DNA of 60,580 nt from Rhizaria sp. SCN 62-66 (Eukaryota). The notes beneath the pieces were generated by a model. It saw only the letters and a list, made by a program, of their open reading frames with translations. It was not told the origin of the DNA and searched no databases. The stretch's first letter is position 1. Every line of letters starts with the position of its first letter. The DNA lies in the NCBI GenBank assembly GCA_001724265.1, contig MEDY01000156.1, forward strand, positions 1 through 60,580, given 5' to 3'. The position numbers and the translations under genes are program-made. Shown here piece after piece: positions 22,535 to 34,180 of this stretch.

Positions 22535-25500
22535 GCGCCGCTCTCAGTCACGCTGCCGCACTCCAACTCCAGCTCCAACACGGACCCACGCCCCCTGAGC
22601 ACCCGCAGCAACAGCGGCAACAGGAGCACTCGCAACAGCAACAGTAACGGTACCAGCAGCACCAGCGGCTCAAGTAAGAAGCAGGAGACGGACGCTGTCG
22701 CTGCCTACGCCAACAAGCGCCGGCCGTGGGTGTCCAACCTGCGCTCGCCGTCGCTGAACCAGGGCGTGTTCGGCGACCCGCCCCCCGTGGACTACACCAC
22801 CACGTTCCACTTCAAGCTCAACGTCGCCGAGTCGCCCGCGGCGGCGGCGGCGGCGGCGGCGGCCTCGGCGGCTACGGCGGCGGCCGCCGCGCGCCGGGCG
22901 CGGCTGTTTGGCAGCGGCGGCGCCTCGGGCAACACGGCGGCCGTTCACGCGTCGGGCTTCGCGCTTAAGGGCGCGGCGGCCGACAAGCACTGGCGCGATG
23001 TCACCAAGCAGCGGCTTGAGGCGGCGCAGCGCGCGTTGGGCGTGGGCAAGTACAACCAGGACCGGTTCGGCGTGTGGGCCAAGGCAGAGATTGACCCCGA
23101 GACGGCGCAGCTGCTGCAGACGGGCGTCGACATGGGGCGCGAAGTCAAGCCTCGTGAGGACGAGGTTAAGCCGCCGCCGAGGGAGGACTTCGGCGCCGGT
23201 AAGGGGTACTTGCAGCGGATGATTCTGCACCAGGTGGGCGCCTACATGGCGCGGGCATGGGGCACTTACAGCACGCAGCAGGAGCTCACTGCCACTGTGG
23301 GCGACTTCGTGACTGCGCTGTTGACGCTGCCATATCTGTCAGAGCACGAGCTCGACGTGCTCGCTGGCACTGCACTTGCCACCTCTACCGAGCACGGTGC
23401 TCCTGCGGCTATGTCGTCCTCAAAGGGCGCAATTGCGTTGCCGCCGAGGCCGAACATGAGTGCTCGCCCTCCGTGGGACCCTCGATTCATTCTCCACAAC
23501 TCCGCAGCTGAACAAAACAACAACAGCGGCCAGACCCAGCTTTCGGCCGCCGCGCTGTCGTCGTCGGCTTCATTTTCACTGTTGTCGCAGTCAACGTCGC
23601 GTGACAGCGCTGCCCCCTCGCGCTCTCGTTCGCGGTCCCGCACTGTCGCCGGCCACAACAACTGCGACTTGCAGTCGCGTTCTCGCTCCCGCTCGCAGTC
23701 GCGCGAGCCCGTTGTCGCGTCCTCCGCCGGCTTCCCCGCGTTCACAACCTCGGCCGCCTCCACGCTCGTGACCGCGTTCTGCACCAACCTCCCCGCGTCT
23801 GCTCTCGCCAACGCGCGCGCGGATTCGCGCTCGCGCTCTCGCTCCACCAGCCGCTCGCGCGGCGGTGCGGGTGGCGTGGCGGGCAAGGGCTGCGTGAGCT
23901 GCGGCTGCCCGTCGGCCGCGTCGTCCGCTCTCACGGGCAAGAGCAAGAGCTCTAACAGCAGCAACGGCGATGATGAGACTAACGTGACGGTGAGCGACGT
24001 CCGTGCTGGTTTCGCGAGTCTGCTGCGCTTTATTGCTGGGAACAAGCATGCACGCCGCGTGCTGGCGCTGTATGCGCAGTGGATCACCGCGCAAGATGAG
24101 CGCATTAGCTACTCAAGGCAGAACAACGAGCGTAAGCAGCAACAACACCACCAACATCAGCAGCAGCAGCGCGATGCAAGCGCCTCGGGGGCGACTGGAA
24201 ACACTGCGCGGACGAGCACTCGTAAGAACAATGCGCCCGTCTACGAAATCAAGGGCGGCAGCGGCCGCACGTGGGACGTGCGCCGTGGCAGCAGTCGCGA
24301 CCGCCGTGGCTATGCCATTGCCACGGAGCACGCGCATGCGATGAGCGACGAGTCGTTTGAACTGCAGCGCGCCGCTGCTGCCCACAATCGTAGTGTGCAG
24401 CCTAATTCTAACCTCGACACGGACTCGAACGACGACTGGAGGCAGGAGCAAAAGCAGCAGCAACAGCAGTCTGCGTCACTGCCACCGGCTGCTCTGAGTC
24501 GCCTCGGCGCCCCGCAGGTGACCGCGACTGCGAGCCTCTTGCCCGCGCACACGTGCAGGTGGTCGCACTCGAAGTCAAGCCGCATTCCGGACCTGCACTG
24601 CCGCGCGTGTTACACCTCGACTGTGGGCACCAATAACAGCGGCCACAACGGTGGCCACAGTCTCGGCGCCAACAACAGCGGCGGCGCGGTGAACAACAGC
24701 TGCAGCAACAACACGCGCTATAACACGGGCCGCGACAACGCGGGGCAGCGCTGCGGCGACTGCGGGTGCGACTGTGGCCGCGGTGGCGTCGGCAGCGGCG
24801 TTGGCGCGAACGCTCTGAGTAACGCTAGCAGTGTCGGGTTCAGCTCGCAGGCGCAGTCGCAATTCTCGCGCTCGCACGTACAGGCGCGCTCATGCGAGGT
24901 CGCGCGGGTCAGCAGTCGTGGCCGCTACGCCGAGGATTACCAGCTGCGGGCCGCGCACCTTAGGGCTTGCGCGCGCAACGAGGGAAGTCAAGCCGCATCT
25001 GGCGATGACACCGCGCAGAGTGGCAGCGACAATGAGTCTGGCCCGAACAACATGGTTCTCACGGTCATTGTTCCCGCGCTGCCTCTGCCACCGGGCACTT
25101 TGTTCCCCTCGATGCCGCCCAGCGACCGTGAGCAGCGCTCTCACCGTGGTCACCCTGATGGCGACGATGACTGTGAGCCGGGTGACCGTGAGCACGTGTG
25201 TACGCTGTTCGGCGGCATCACAGAGCGCTCTCCTGCTCTCGACTCGCCGCACCTCAACGTCGCACTCTCCGTCCCGCTCGCCACGCTCGTCCGTCTTGCC
25301 TTTGCCGGCATCTACTCGCAGAAGACGGCGACGGCCAGCAACGGCAGCGACGGCCGCGTTAGTGGCACGCACAGTCGCACGCCTTCACTGTCGCGGACGC
25401 AATCAGCGTTTGCGTACCAGAGCAACATGAGTCTGAGCCAGAGCCAGAGCCAGTACCAGAGCCATGCGCAGCGCGAGCGCGAGCGGTGGCGGCAGAGCGG

Positions 25501-28500
25501 CGCCGCGGCGGAGGAGGTTGAGGCTGCGGAGTCCGCGTGCGACGTGGTGCTGCGGCTGCTGGCGCTCTTCTACCGTCTGCCGTATGTTGCACTCGCGAGC
25601 AACGGTAAGAGCGCAACGAACATCTACGCTAACGCCCCCGACGCTGACTCTGTGAACGCCCGTCCTTGCTACAGTCGTAGAAACAGTCGTGGTGACGACA
25701 GTGCTGGTGGCGGCAACTCTCGGACTCACGACGACCATTCGCGCGCCATTTCTGACCGTGACAGCGCACGTAGCAGTGGTCGCGACAAAGATCGCAGTCA
25801 CGCTCGCAACAGTTCCAACTGCGGTCGTGGCAGTGCACGTGGCTACAATGATGATGATGCTGGCGCGGCTTCTTCGGTTCTCAACGACAATCGTCGTTCT
25901 GCCAATGCCACTCACACTCGGGCGGGCAGTAGTCGTGCGGTTGATAGCCGGAGCAGTCACAACTCGTCTCGCGTTGTTGCAAACCATGATGAGAGCTGGG
26001 GACCGAGCGTTACCACGACTCACGGAGCTTCACAGTCGACGCAGCGTGGATCTGATGTACAACGCAATGCTGCCAATCCCAATATCAACACTAGTGCTGT
26101 TGCAAGCTCTACCAGCAATGCTGTTCCTGCTGGAACCGTATCTGCTGCTGCTGCTACTGCTGCTGCTGAGCCAGAGAGCGCTACCGAGAGCAGCGCGGTT
26201 GACGACAGTGCTGTGCACCGTTGGAACGAGTATGTAGCTTCTCTCCACGACCACCATAACCGCATCGACCACGCCCACCCTTACAACGCTGACCCCAGCG
26301 CGAACGACGTCTCTACGCACAGGCACAGCGGCCGCTGCGACACCGCCGCTGACCTCGCGGCGACCTTTACCGCCGCAGCCGCGTCTGTGCGCGCTGCCAG
26401 CTTTGCGAACACCAATCTTGCCAACGCTAACGCCGATGTGGCTCCTGCGGAGGCCAGTGCAGGTCTTCCGAGTGCTGGTGACGGTGACGAGGCGTTCTTT
26501 GCTGCTTATAACGAAGTATGCCGTCGCTCTGACGCGATCATTCGCGGTGAGGCTAGCTCAATGGACGACGCCGCCACGCGCGAGAGCAAAAACGCCTTCT
26601 GGACTGCGCTCGGCGTCGCTCCGAGGCATCTCTCGCAACCGGCGCTTGCGACTGCGAATCAGAACGGTCACGCCGTCGCGAGGCCCGCGGAGCCGATGCC
26701 GTTGACACGGGCCCCCGCCGTGTCGACAACGCTGAACCCGATCAAAGCGGCCCACGTCGGCACGCAGATCTTCGGCCACCCGCTGCCGTTTAGCGTTACC
26801 ACGAGCAGCTCCTCGGTGCTCTCCGGCGCCGCGAACGCCGCGACTGCTGCCGCGGCGTCGCCGAGTGCGATGCAGAGCATGCAGACGTCTGCCCGCGGCG
26901 GCGTCGTGCTCCCCAGTGGCCACATCCACAACCGGGTGATGCTGTGCTCCGAGCGCGAGAACCCGCTCTTTAGCGCGTCGCTGACGTCTGTCGTCGGCAA
27001 CAACGCGCTGAGCAGCAAGGCAGCGCTGGACGGCCCGAGCCCTCTGCACCCGAAGCCTGCCACGTACACGCGCAAGAGCGACTCTGATGATGCCAGTCAG
27101 TCTCGTCACGCGCGCGGCGGCAGCAGCGGCGGCGCTGCACTGCACCTGGACTCTGTGCTGTCGCCGAGGGAGCGGCTTAACTTAGAGGCCGCGTCGGTGC
27201 ACAAGGAGCACTGGGAGAAGGCGCACGCAGGGGCGCGCATTGAGGACTGGGGCATCGGAGACACGATCAAGAATAAGTCGAATAGTCCAACCGCAAGTGA
27301 CGCCAACTTGAAGAGTGCTAGTAAGGAGCCCCGCGCGTTTGTGACCGACGACGCTGATGCTCGCTCCACCCGGTATTCCCACAATCGCGGCAACAGCAAC
27401 GACGCGGACGCGAGGACTCGTGCCCGTGCGACCGTTGTGTCGCCCGCTCGCTTCGGCTCCAGCACGGCTTCTTCAACGACCCACGGCAGCAGTGGTGGGA
27501 GCACAACCACGAGCAGCTCGAGCACGACTGTGCAGCAGAGCTCACAAGCACACCAGGCTGTAGCGTCCGAGCATGACATGTATGTCGACTCGCAGTTGCT
27601 ACACCAGCACGCGCCCCTCTTCACCGACAACGACGCGCCCTACTTAGCCGCTGCGGCTGCGCGCGTGCGTGGCGGGGCCACGTCCTCCAACGGCCTGACT
27701 TCGCGCCCCGATGGCGGAGGCTTCGTCGACGCTGACGGCCACTGGCATCGCGGGTACACAACGACCAACGCAGCATCAAACTCTCGTTCCAGCGCGAGTT
27801 CTGCTACTGCTGCATACGGCGGCAGTGGGGAAGGACTGACTAGTCCTGACCGTTTTGTAAACCCTACTCGTGCACTTGATGCTGACCGCTTCGGCGCCCG
27901 CGAGTACTTGGACATCAACAGTGATCGCGGCAACACGCTCACGTACGCAAATCCCCGCCATCAACAGGCTCACACCGACGAGGAGGAGCACCGGCGGCTC
28001 GAGTCCGACCACGCGGCGCGGCTTGACTTCGAGCTCGCGCGCGAGGTCCAGGCGTACCACAGCCGCAACCTCAACACGGGCCGCTGGTTAGACACCGCCG
28101 AGGCCCTCCTGGAGCCGGATCACATCGCGGCGCAATCGAGGTTTAACCGCTACGGCGTGGCTTCCCCGTCGTCGCCCGGTTTGAGCAAGGGATCCGTGGG
28201 CCACCCCAGAAAGCTGCGGTACCTCGGCGCGCCGCAGGGTGTGCGGGCCAGCCCTGCCCACGGCCACTTGAGCCACGAGGGCCACGCGTCTTCGCATTCG
28301 CACTCGCACGGCCACCGCGACGGTCGTCGCGACGGTCGCCGCGAGTTCCACTCCGGCGGCGGCCGCGTGTCGTCGCTGAGCGAGACTGAGGCCGCCGCCA
28401 TGGGGCTCGCCTCGCACCCGCGCTACACGCGCGGCATCGACAGCGCCAGCACGCTGGGCGTCGACCCCGTGTCCGGCATCCACCGCGGCCGCGGCTTCGG

Positions 28501-28747
28501 CACGGGCCACGAGGCGTATCTGCACGACCGTGACCACGACATCACAGGAGCTGGCGCTGACGTGGAAGTGAGCAGGGGCCGCGGGTGGGCGCGCGGCGAC
28601 CCCGTGTCCGAGGCCATTGCGCGTGGCGGGGTGACTGTCAGCAGCCCGCCCAGCCAGTATAACTACTCGGGCAACGGTAGCAGTGACACCAGCCGTGGCC
28701 GCGACTATGGCTACGAGGGTCTGCGTAACCAGAAGCCTTATTACTAA
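19841..28747 (+). CDS. Very large intronless low-complexity hypothetical protein (about 2970 aa)
   Basis: Uninterrupted frame from ATG 19841 (caccATGG) to TAA 28745-28747; acidic tracts, poly-Ala, poly-Gln and RSRSRS tracts; no recognised domain. Confidence 0.8.
22460..22531 (+). repeat. Pure (CAG)24 repeat encoding poly-Gln
   Basis: Read directly; in frame within the 19841-28747 ORF. Confidence 0.95.
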
Positions 28748-29033
28748 AGATCATCATTCAAGCTCATTTTATGTTTTATAGTATTCTTCCATCATGCATG
28801 TTTGATCGTGCTTTCTTTTACATTTTACTATCTAGCCTTCCAATGTTCACTCCTCTTCCCGCTTAAAAACAATACACAGTCAATTTCCCGTTCTTTGAGC
28901 TCAATAATGAAGCAGTGACAAATTGTGAACGTGGAAGAGAAAGAACAATAGACTATGTATTTTGAATCATTGTCAAATTATATTAAACTAAATCGCGATA
29001 AAACTATATAGTTCAGACAACGTCATTTTGCAG

Positions 29034-30124
29034 TTACTTGCTCGCCTCAGACCCAGCCGCAGCTGCAGCGGCCGGACTTGCGGCGCTACTGGCAGTCGCA
29101 CCAGCATCCGCCGCACTGGCAGTCGGCGTCGCGGCTGCAGAAGCGGCCGCAGCAGCAGCGGCGGCGGCGGCGCGCGCGGCGTTCTTGCGCCAGGCGGCGA
29201 TGACCCCCGGCGTGACCGCGACGGCGTCGGTGGTGGGGCCGATGGTCCGGCTGCCCAGCGCGCGCCACTGCTTGCCCGCGCTGTCGTACCGGTAGCTCTC
29301 CACCACGCCGCCGCTGCCGCTGCCACTCGCCCCGGCGGCGGCAGCGGCGGCGCCCGTCGCGCCGCCGGCGCCGTCGTCGCCGTTAGCGTGGCTGCCCAGG
29401 ATGGTCTGGGGCCCGTCGCCGATGATCCGCACGGCGCCACCCGCGCCCCCCGCCGCGGCCGCGTCGGCCACATACAGCCCCGCGAATGAGAGGCTCGCGT
29501 TGGCCTTGAGCACGACGACGAAGTGCAGCGCGGGGCACGCGGCGAGCTCGGCCAGCACGGCCGCGCGCTGCGGTGCGAGTGCGGCGCCCGCGAGCGCCAG
29601 GTGCGTGACGGCGTTGGCGATGAGCTTGCGGTTCGAGACCTGGCGCGGCGGCGGCACGGGCGCCGGCGACGGGTGGTGAAACAGACGCGGCGCGGCGGCG
29701 GCGGCCGCGGGCGGACGGTAGCCGCTCGACGCCAGCGAGGTCAGGATGTGCGCCAGCGAGTCGATGCTTGCGTGCGAGGGCGCGGGGGACGCTGACCGCG
29801 TGTTGGCCTTGCCAGCGTTCGCACTGCTGTTGTTGTTGTTGCTGTTGGAGTTTGCGGGGCTGGGGAGCGCGCCGGTGATGGCGGGCAGCGAGGCCGGCGC
29901 GCGGCCGCGGCCACGGGAATTTCCTCCGGACTGAGCGTCAGCGCTATTGCCAGTGTTGTCATGGGACTGCGAGAGCGACTGTGAGAGATGCGACGAGGCC
30001 GACTGCGGGCGCCGCGAGCTGCTCGCGCCCCTTACACCGCTTGGGGTACTTACATTAGCCCCACCAGCGCTACTGCCACCACTGGAGGCGCCCGCACTGC
30101 CCTGCTTACTCGGAGTGCCACTGC

Positions 30125-30155
<31 letters not shown>

Positions 30156-31599
30156 GCTGCTGTTGCGCAGAGCATGGCTCAGCGACGCCTGTGACTGCGA
30201 GCTACTCATCCCACCTCCAGAAGCAGAAGTTAGGCCGCCGCCCCCGCCGCCAGACTGCGGTCGCCCCCGCGACGGCGTGCGCATCCGAGCAGCCCCCGCA
30301 TCCTTACTATGCTGCTTGTTGTTGGTGTTGTTGTTGGAGTTGGCCACTGACGCGAGCGGCGCCTTGACGACCCCCGGGACGGCGTGCTGTTGCGCCGACT
30401 GGGCTCGCCGCAGCGCGCGCTGGGCGTCAAACGAGGCGCGGCGCCGCAGGATCGATGCGGGCACGCCGGCGAAGCGCGAGGCCTCGGCGTCGGGGCCCTG
30501 CGAGTCGGTGTCGCCGCCGCCGGGGCCGTCGTAAGCGTTCCCATTCCCATTCCCGTTGCTGGCATTGTTGTTGTTGTTGTTGCTATTGTTAGCAGGGGCG
30601 GGGTTGGCTTGAGTGAGAGGGACAAAGAACGCAGCCGCCTTCGCGTGCCCCCCTTTGCCTGCACTGACATTAGCGTCGATAGTAGTGTTGCTGTTGTTGC
30701 TCTCCGCGTTGGGCACCGTGGGCACCGGGGTGGGGATCGACGGCGGACCCCAGCGGCGCCGTTGCTGTGATTGGGTCGAGTGCGTTGAGTGCACCGAGCC
30801 CGTGTCGGACCCGTTGCCGTCGTCGTCATCGTCGTCATCGTCAGCGTTGGCGTTATTCCTCTCGTTGTCGCTGTTGCGGCCGCGATTAGCGTCGCCACCG
30901 ATGCGTTGTTGTTGCCGGAGCTGTTGTTGCTGCACCTGGAGCAGCTGCTCCTGCTGCAGCTGGTGGAATTGGCTCTGGAGCTGGCTCTGCTGCTGCTGGT
31001 ACAGCGCGGACCGCGGCGACAGTGGCGGCGCAGCTGTCTGGGACTCAACACTCTCGGTCAAGGCAGCGTTGTGAAGAGCGCTGACGGGGGCAGCAACAGG
31101 TCCGGCAGCAGGAGCGACTGCAGCGGCACTCGGCATGACAACACCTGATGAAGACGACGCTTGTTGCTGGTGAACATAATTGTTGTTGTTATTGCTGTGA
31201 TTTTGTGAGTGTGAAGGCTGTGCGGGGCCGTACTGCGCGCCGGGCAGCGCCGCGGCGGCCGAGGCTGCGGCCGCAGCGCGCGCGGCAGCAACGGCGGCCT
31301 GCTCTTCCTTGAGGCGCGTGATCACGGCGACGCCGAGGTGGCGGCGGATGGCCAGGGCCGCTGCGTGCTAGCGGGCAGCGTCGGCCTGAAAGCATGCGAA
31401 GGAGGCCTGCAGCGACGATAGCAGGTCGCTGCCAGGGTCCACATCAAAGCGAACACGCTTCTCACGCTATACAAAATCGTTATGTGTTATGTAGAGTGAA
31501 GAGTGAGCTATGACAGTGACTTGGAAGGATGAGTGAACGAACAAACGCAACGTAGTGTGAACAGACACTGAAGGAGGAGCGTACCGTGACTTCTGCCAT
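29034..31599 (-). CDS. CKK-domain (CAMSAP/Patronin-like) microtubule-binding protein; exons 31599-31585, 31466-29034; in-frame TAG at 31370-31368
   Basis: C-terminal SNRKLIANAVTHLALAG...HFVVVLK...FAGLY...IIGDGPQTI...YRYDSAGKQW...TTDAVAV matches the CKK pattern (SN..II.NA..H..LAG; F..LY; G.GP..I; Y.Y.S..K.F; DA). Exon 1 MAEVT, intron 31584-31467 gtacgc..tatag; stop TAA. Confidence 0.82.
30126..30155 (-). repeat. (AAC)n poly-Asn microsatellite in the CKK gene
   Basis: Run of ttg on the + strand. Confidence 0.85.
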
Positions 31600-32132
31600 T
31601 GCGTTGAAGCAAAACTAAATTTAAAAATAAAAGTATACGCTCTTGGTGGGTTCCAAGTCAGGTTATGATGCCGGTTTGTCGACGGCGATATCCGATTCTG
31701 CATCGACTTCAAGTGCCCTCGGTTTAAACAAACCACCAAAATCCAAGATCGGTCGCAGATCGATCAAAATTTGACCGACTGTGGGTCGGTGGCCCTAAAA
31801 GTTAGGCCGGCTCACAGTCGCTGTGGAGCCAGTCGAGCTCGACCGACCGAGTCGAAAGGAGGTTTGTCCCCCACTCGAGGCCAGCTTTGGCGTCGTAGAA
31901 CCGTCGTGAGGAAATGGCGTAAAATGAGTACATTACCCAGGTCAGGTTGTGTCCTGGAAACCATTTGGCTTGTCGGTCTGACGAGTTATTGCCGTAGATT
32001 TGTTATCTTTAGGCCCGCTTCCATGGGACCTCACCACTGCTCGTTCACCTTGTCTTTGTGCTTTCCCCACGGGTCCCCATCTCACTCTTTCATATTCTTG
32101 CCCTCTTTTCCTTCTTGCCCAATTACAGAGGA

Positions 32133-33594
32133 ATGCCCTCAGGCAATTTGATTTGCTTGCTGGTCCTCCTTTCGGTGGCTCTCGCGCTTGGCGAGGTACG
32201 TTCCCGTCTCACTCCCTCCCACCCCCTTGCTTCCTTGCTTTCCGTCTCCTTCCTGCTCCCTCACTCGCCCACTTACGACCCCCAACTCACCTATCGCACT
32301 TTGCACGCCTTTCTCTTTCCCCACCTCTTTCTCACAGCCCGTCGACATGAGCAAGCTTGCTCATGAGACGGCTGCAGTCCAGAGCGAGCTCGACAGCATC
32401 CTGGCGCAGGCCAAGGTTGATCCCCTGTCTCGCGTCGGCGCCCGTCCCCTGGCGCCGCGCCCCCAGACCGCCGCTGAGCGCCGCATGCTTCGTCCGATCC
32501 TTGTCGAGCACTCTGCGTCTCAGAAGGCGTCGCCGTTCCCGGCCTTCCCGTCGCTCATCGAGTCGACGTCCACGGCCTCTGCCAAGACTGTGCCCAACAT
32601 CTTCCCCACCGAGGGCGGCTACATTCACCCCGACCTCAACCTCCCGGCCCCCGAGGAGGCCGTGTTCCAGCAGGAGCGTCGCCGCTTCAACTCGACGGCG
32701 CCCACAGACCTGGAGCTGCGTCTGCGCAAGGTCTACCCGAAGCAGGTCGTGCTCGAGTCTCACCCCGGTCAGGTCGAGGCCGACATGATGATCAACGCCA
32801 ACGAGATCATGCCGCGCGATCCTAACACCGAGGCCATGCTCCAGCGCTTTAACGTCAAGTACGGCGTTGCCGAGGGCGGCTCTGGCGTGCCCAACACTGA
32901 CCTCCCCGCCTCTGACCTGCAGGACATCGAGGACCGCGAAGGCATCAACGAGGTCCAGTCCGACTACCGCTCCATCTACGACTCGATGAACCAGAACATC
33001 TTCGACGTCGACTCCATCTCGGTCGAGGACATCGACAAGCGCCTCGGCGCGCTGTGGAACAAGCGCTGGGAGTACCTTGAGGCTGAGCGCGTCAAGGCCA
33101 ACGAGCTCGTCGCCAAGGGTGCCATGGGCGAGTCCACGGTCGACACGTACGCCGTCGACCCGCTCTTCGTCTCCGAGGTCAAGTTCGAGGACGAGGGCGC
33201 ATCGATCAACAGCATCATCACCCGCAACGAGATGCCTCAGCAGCACCCCGTCGTGGACCACATCCCTGACCGCACCAACTTCGTCCCCGAGATCAACATC
33301 GAGGGCCCCAACGTCATCGCCGTGTCCGTCGACCGCGACTCGATTCCGGACCCCGCGAAGGAGTTCTTCACTCCCGACTACAACGCGCCGTTCAAGCACG
33401 AGGCGGGCAAGATGACCATCATCCCGTCCAACCGCGTGTTGCGCAACCGCTTCCGCAAGCTCGGCTTCCGCAACCCCGAGTTCAAGGCGGGCGACGAGTT
33501 CGACTTCAACGCGGCAGTCAACCCCGCGATCGAGGGCAAGGACGCGCCGTTCTCGTTCAAGCAGAACGACCACCTTGTCGACACCAACTACTAA
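32133..33594 (+). CDS. Secreted acidic hypothetical protein (about 439 aa); exons 32133-32195, 32338-33594
   Basis: Signal peptide MPSGNLICLLVLLSVALALGE, intron 32196-32337 gtacgt..cag, strongly C/G-ending codons as in the housekeeping genes; stop TAA. No family recognised. Confidence 0.82.
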
Positions 33595-34180
33595 GCACTC
33601 ACTTGAGTTGTGATTTGATGGTAGGGTGGTGATGTGTTTTGGTAGGAGGTGTTTGTTCTTGGTTTGATGATTGAACTTGTTAGCAACTCAAGTTGTCGTT
33701 GCTTGTTTGTTGTAAACACGCAAATGTTCGTCTCCGTCCCGCAGCTTGATGATAATACACAATTTAAACTTATAAACATTGCTCATTGTCGGTGCATTAA
33801 GTGCTTATGCAAGTGGCTGTGGATGAGATAGGAGTAAATTGATGTTAGATTGTTGATTGTTCTTGTTGATACGTATACGTATACGTGTGTGTATTGTCTA
33901 GCCATAACAACAATTGCTTTCAGACACTAAGACTATGTTTTGTCACAGCCGTGATAAATCAGTGCGTCAACCCTGTGCGCGGCTGCTATGTAAGTCATAA
34001 CTTACAGAAAAAAAATACAGCTAAAAATATGATATATATTGAAGAATTACAATGACTATGGTGAAATGAACTCAAATTACTACAAACTAACATATGGTTG
34101 TTTGCCATTGCTCAGCATTTAGCAGACAGCAGGGTTGCAAGGAGAAGGCGAAGGCGATGAGATTGCGTATCGTATATTCA

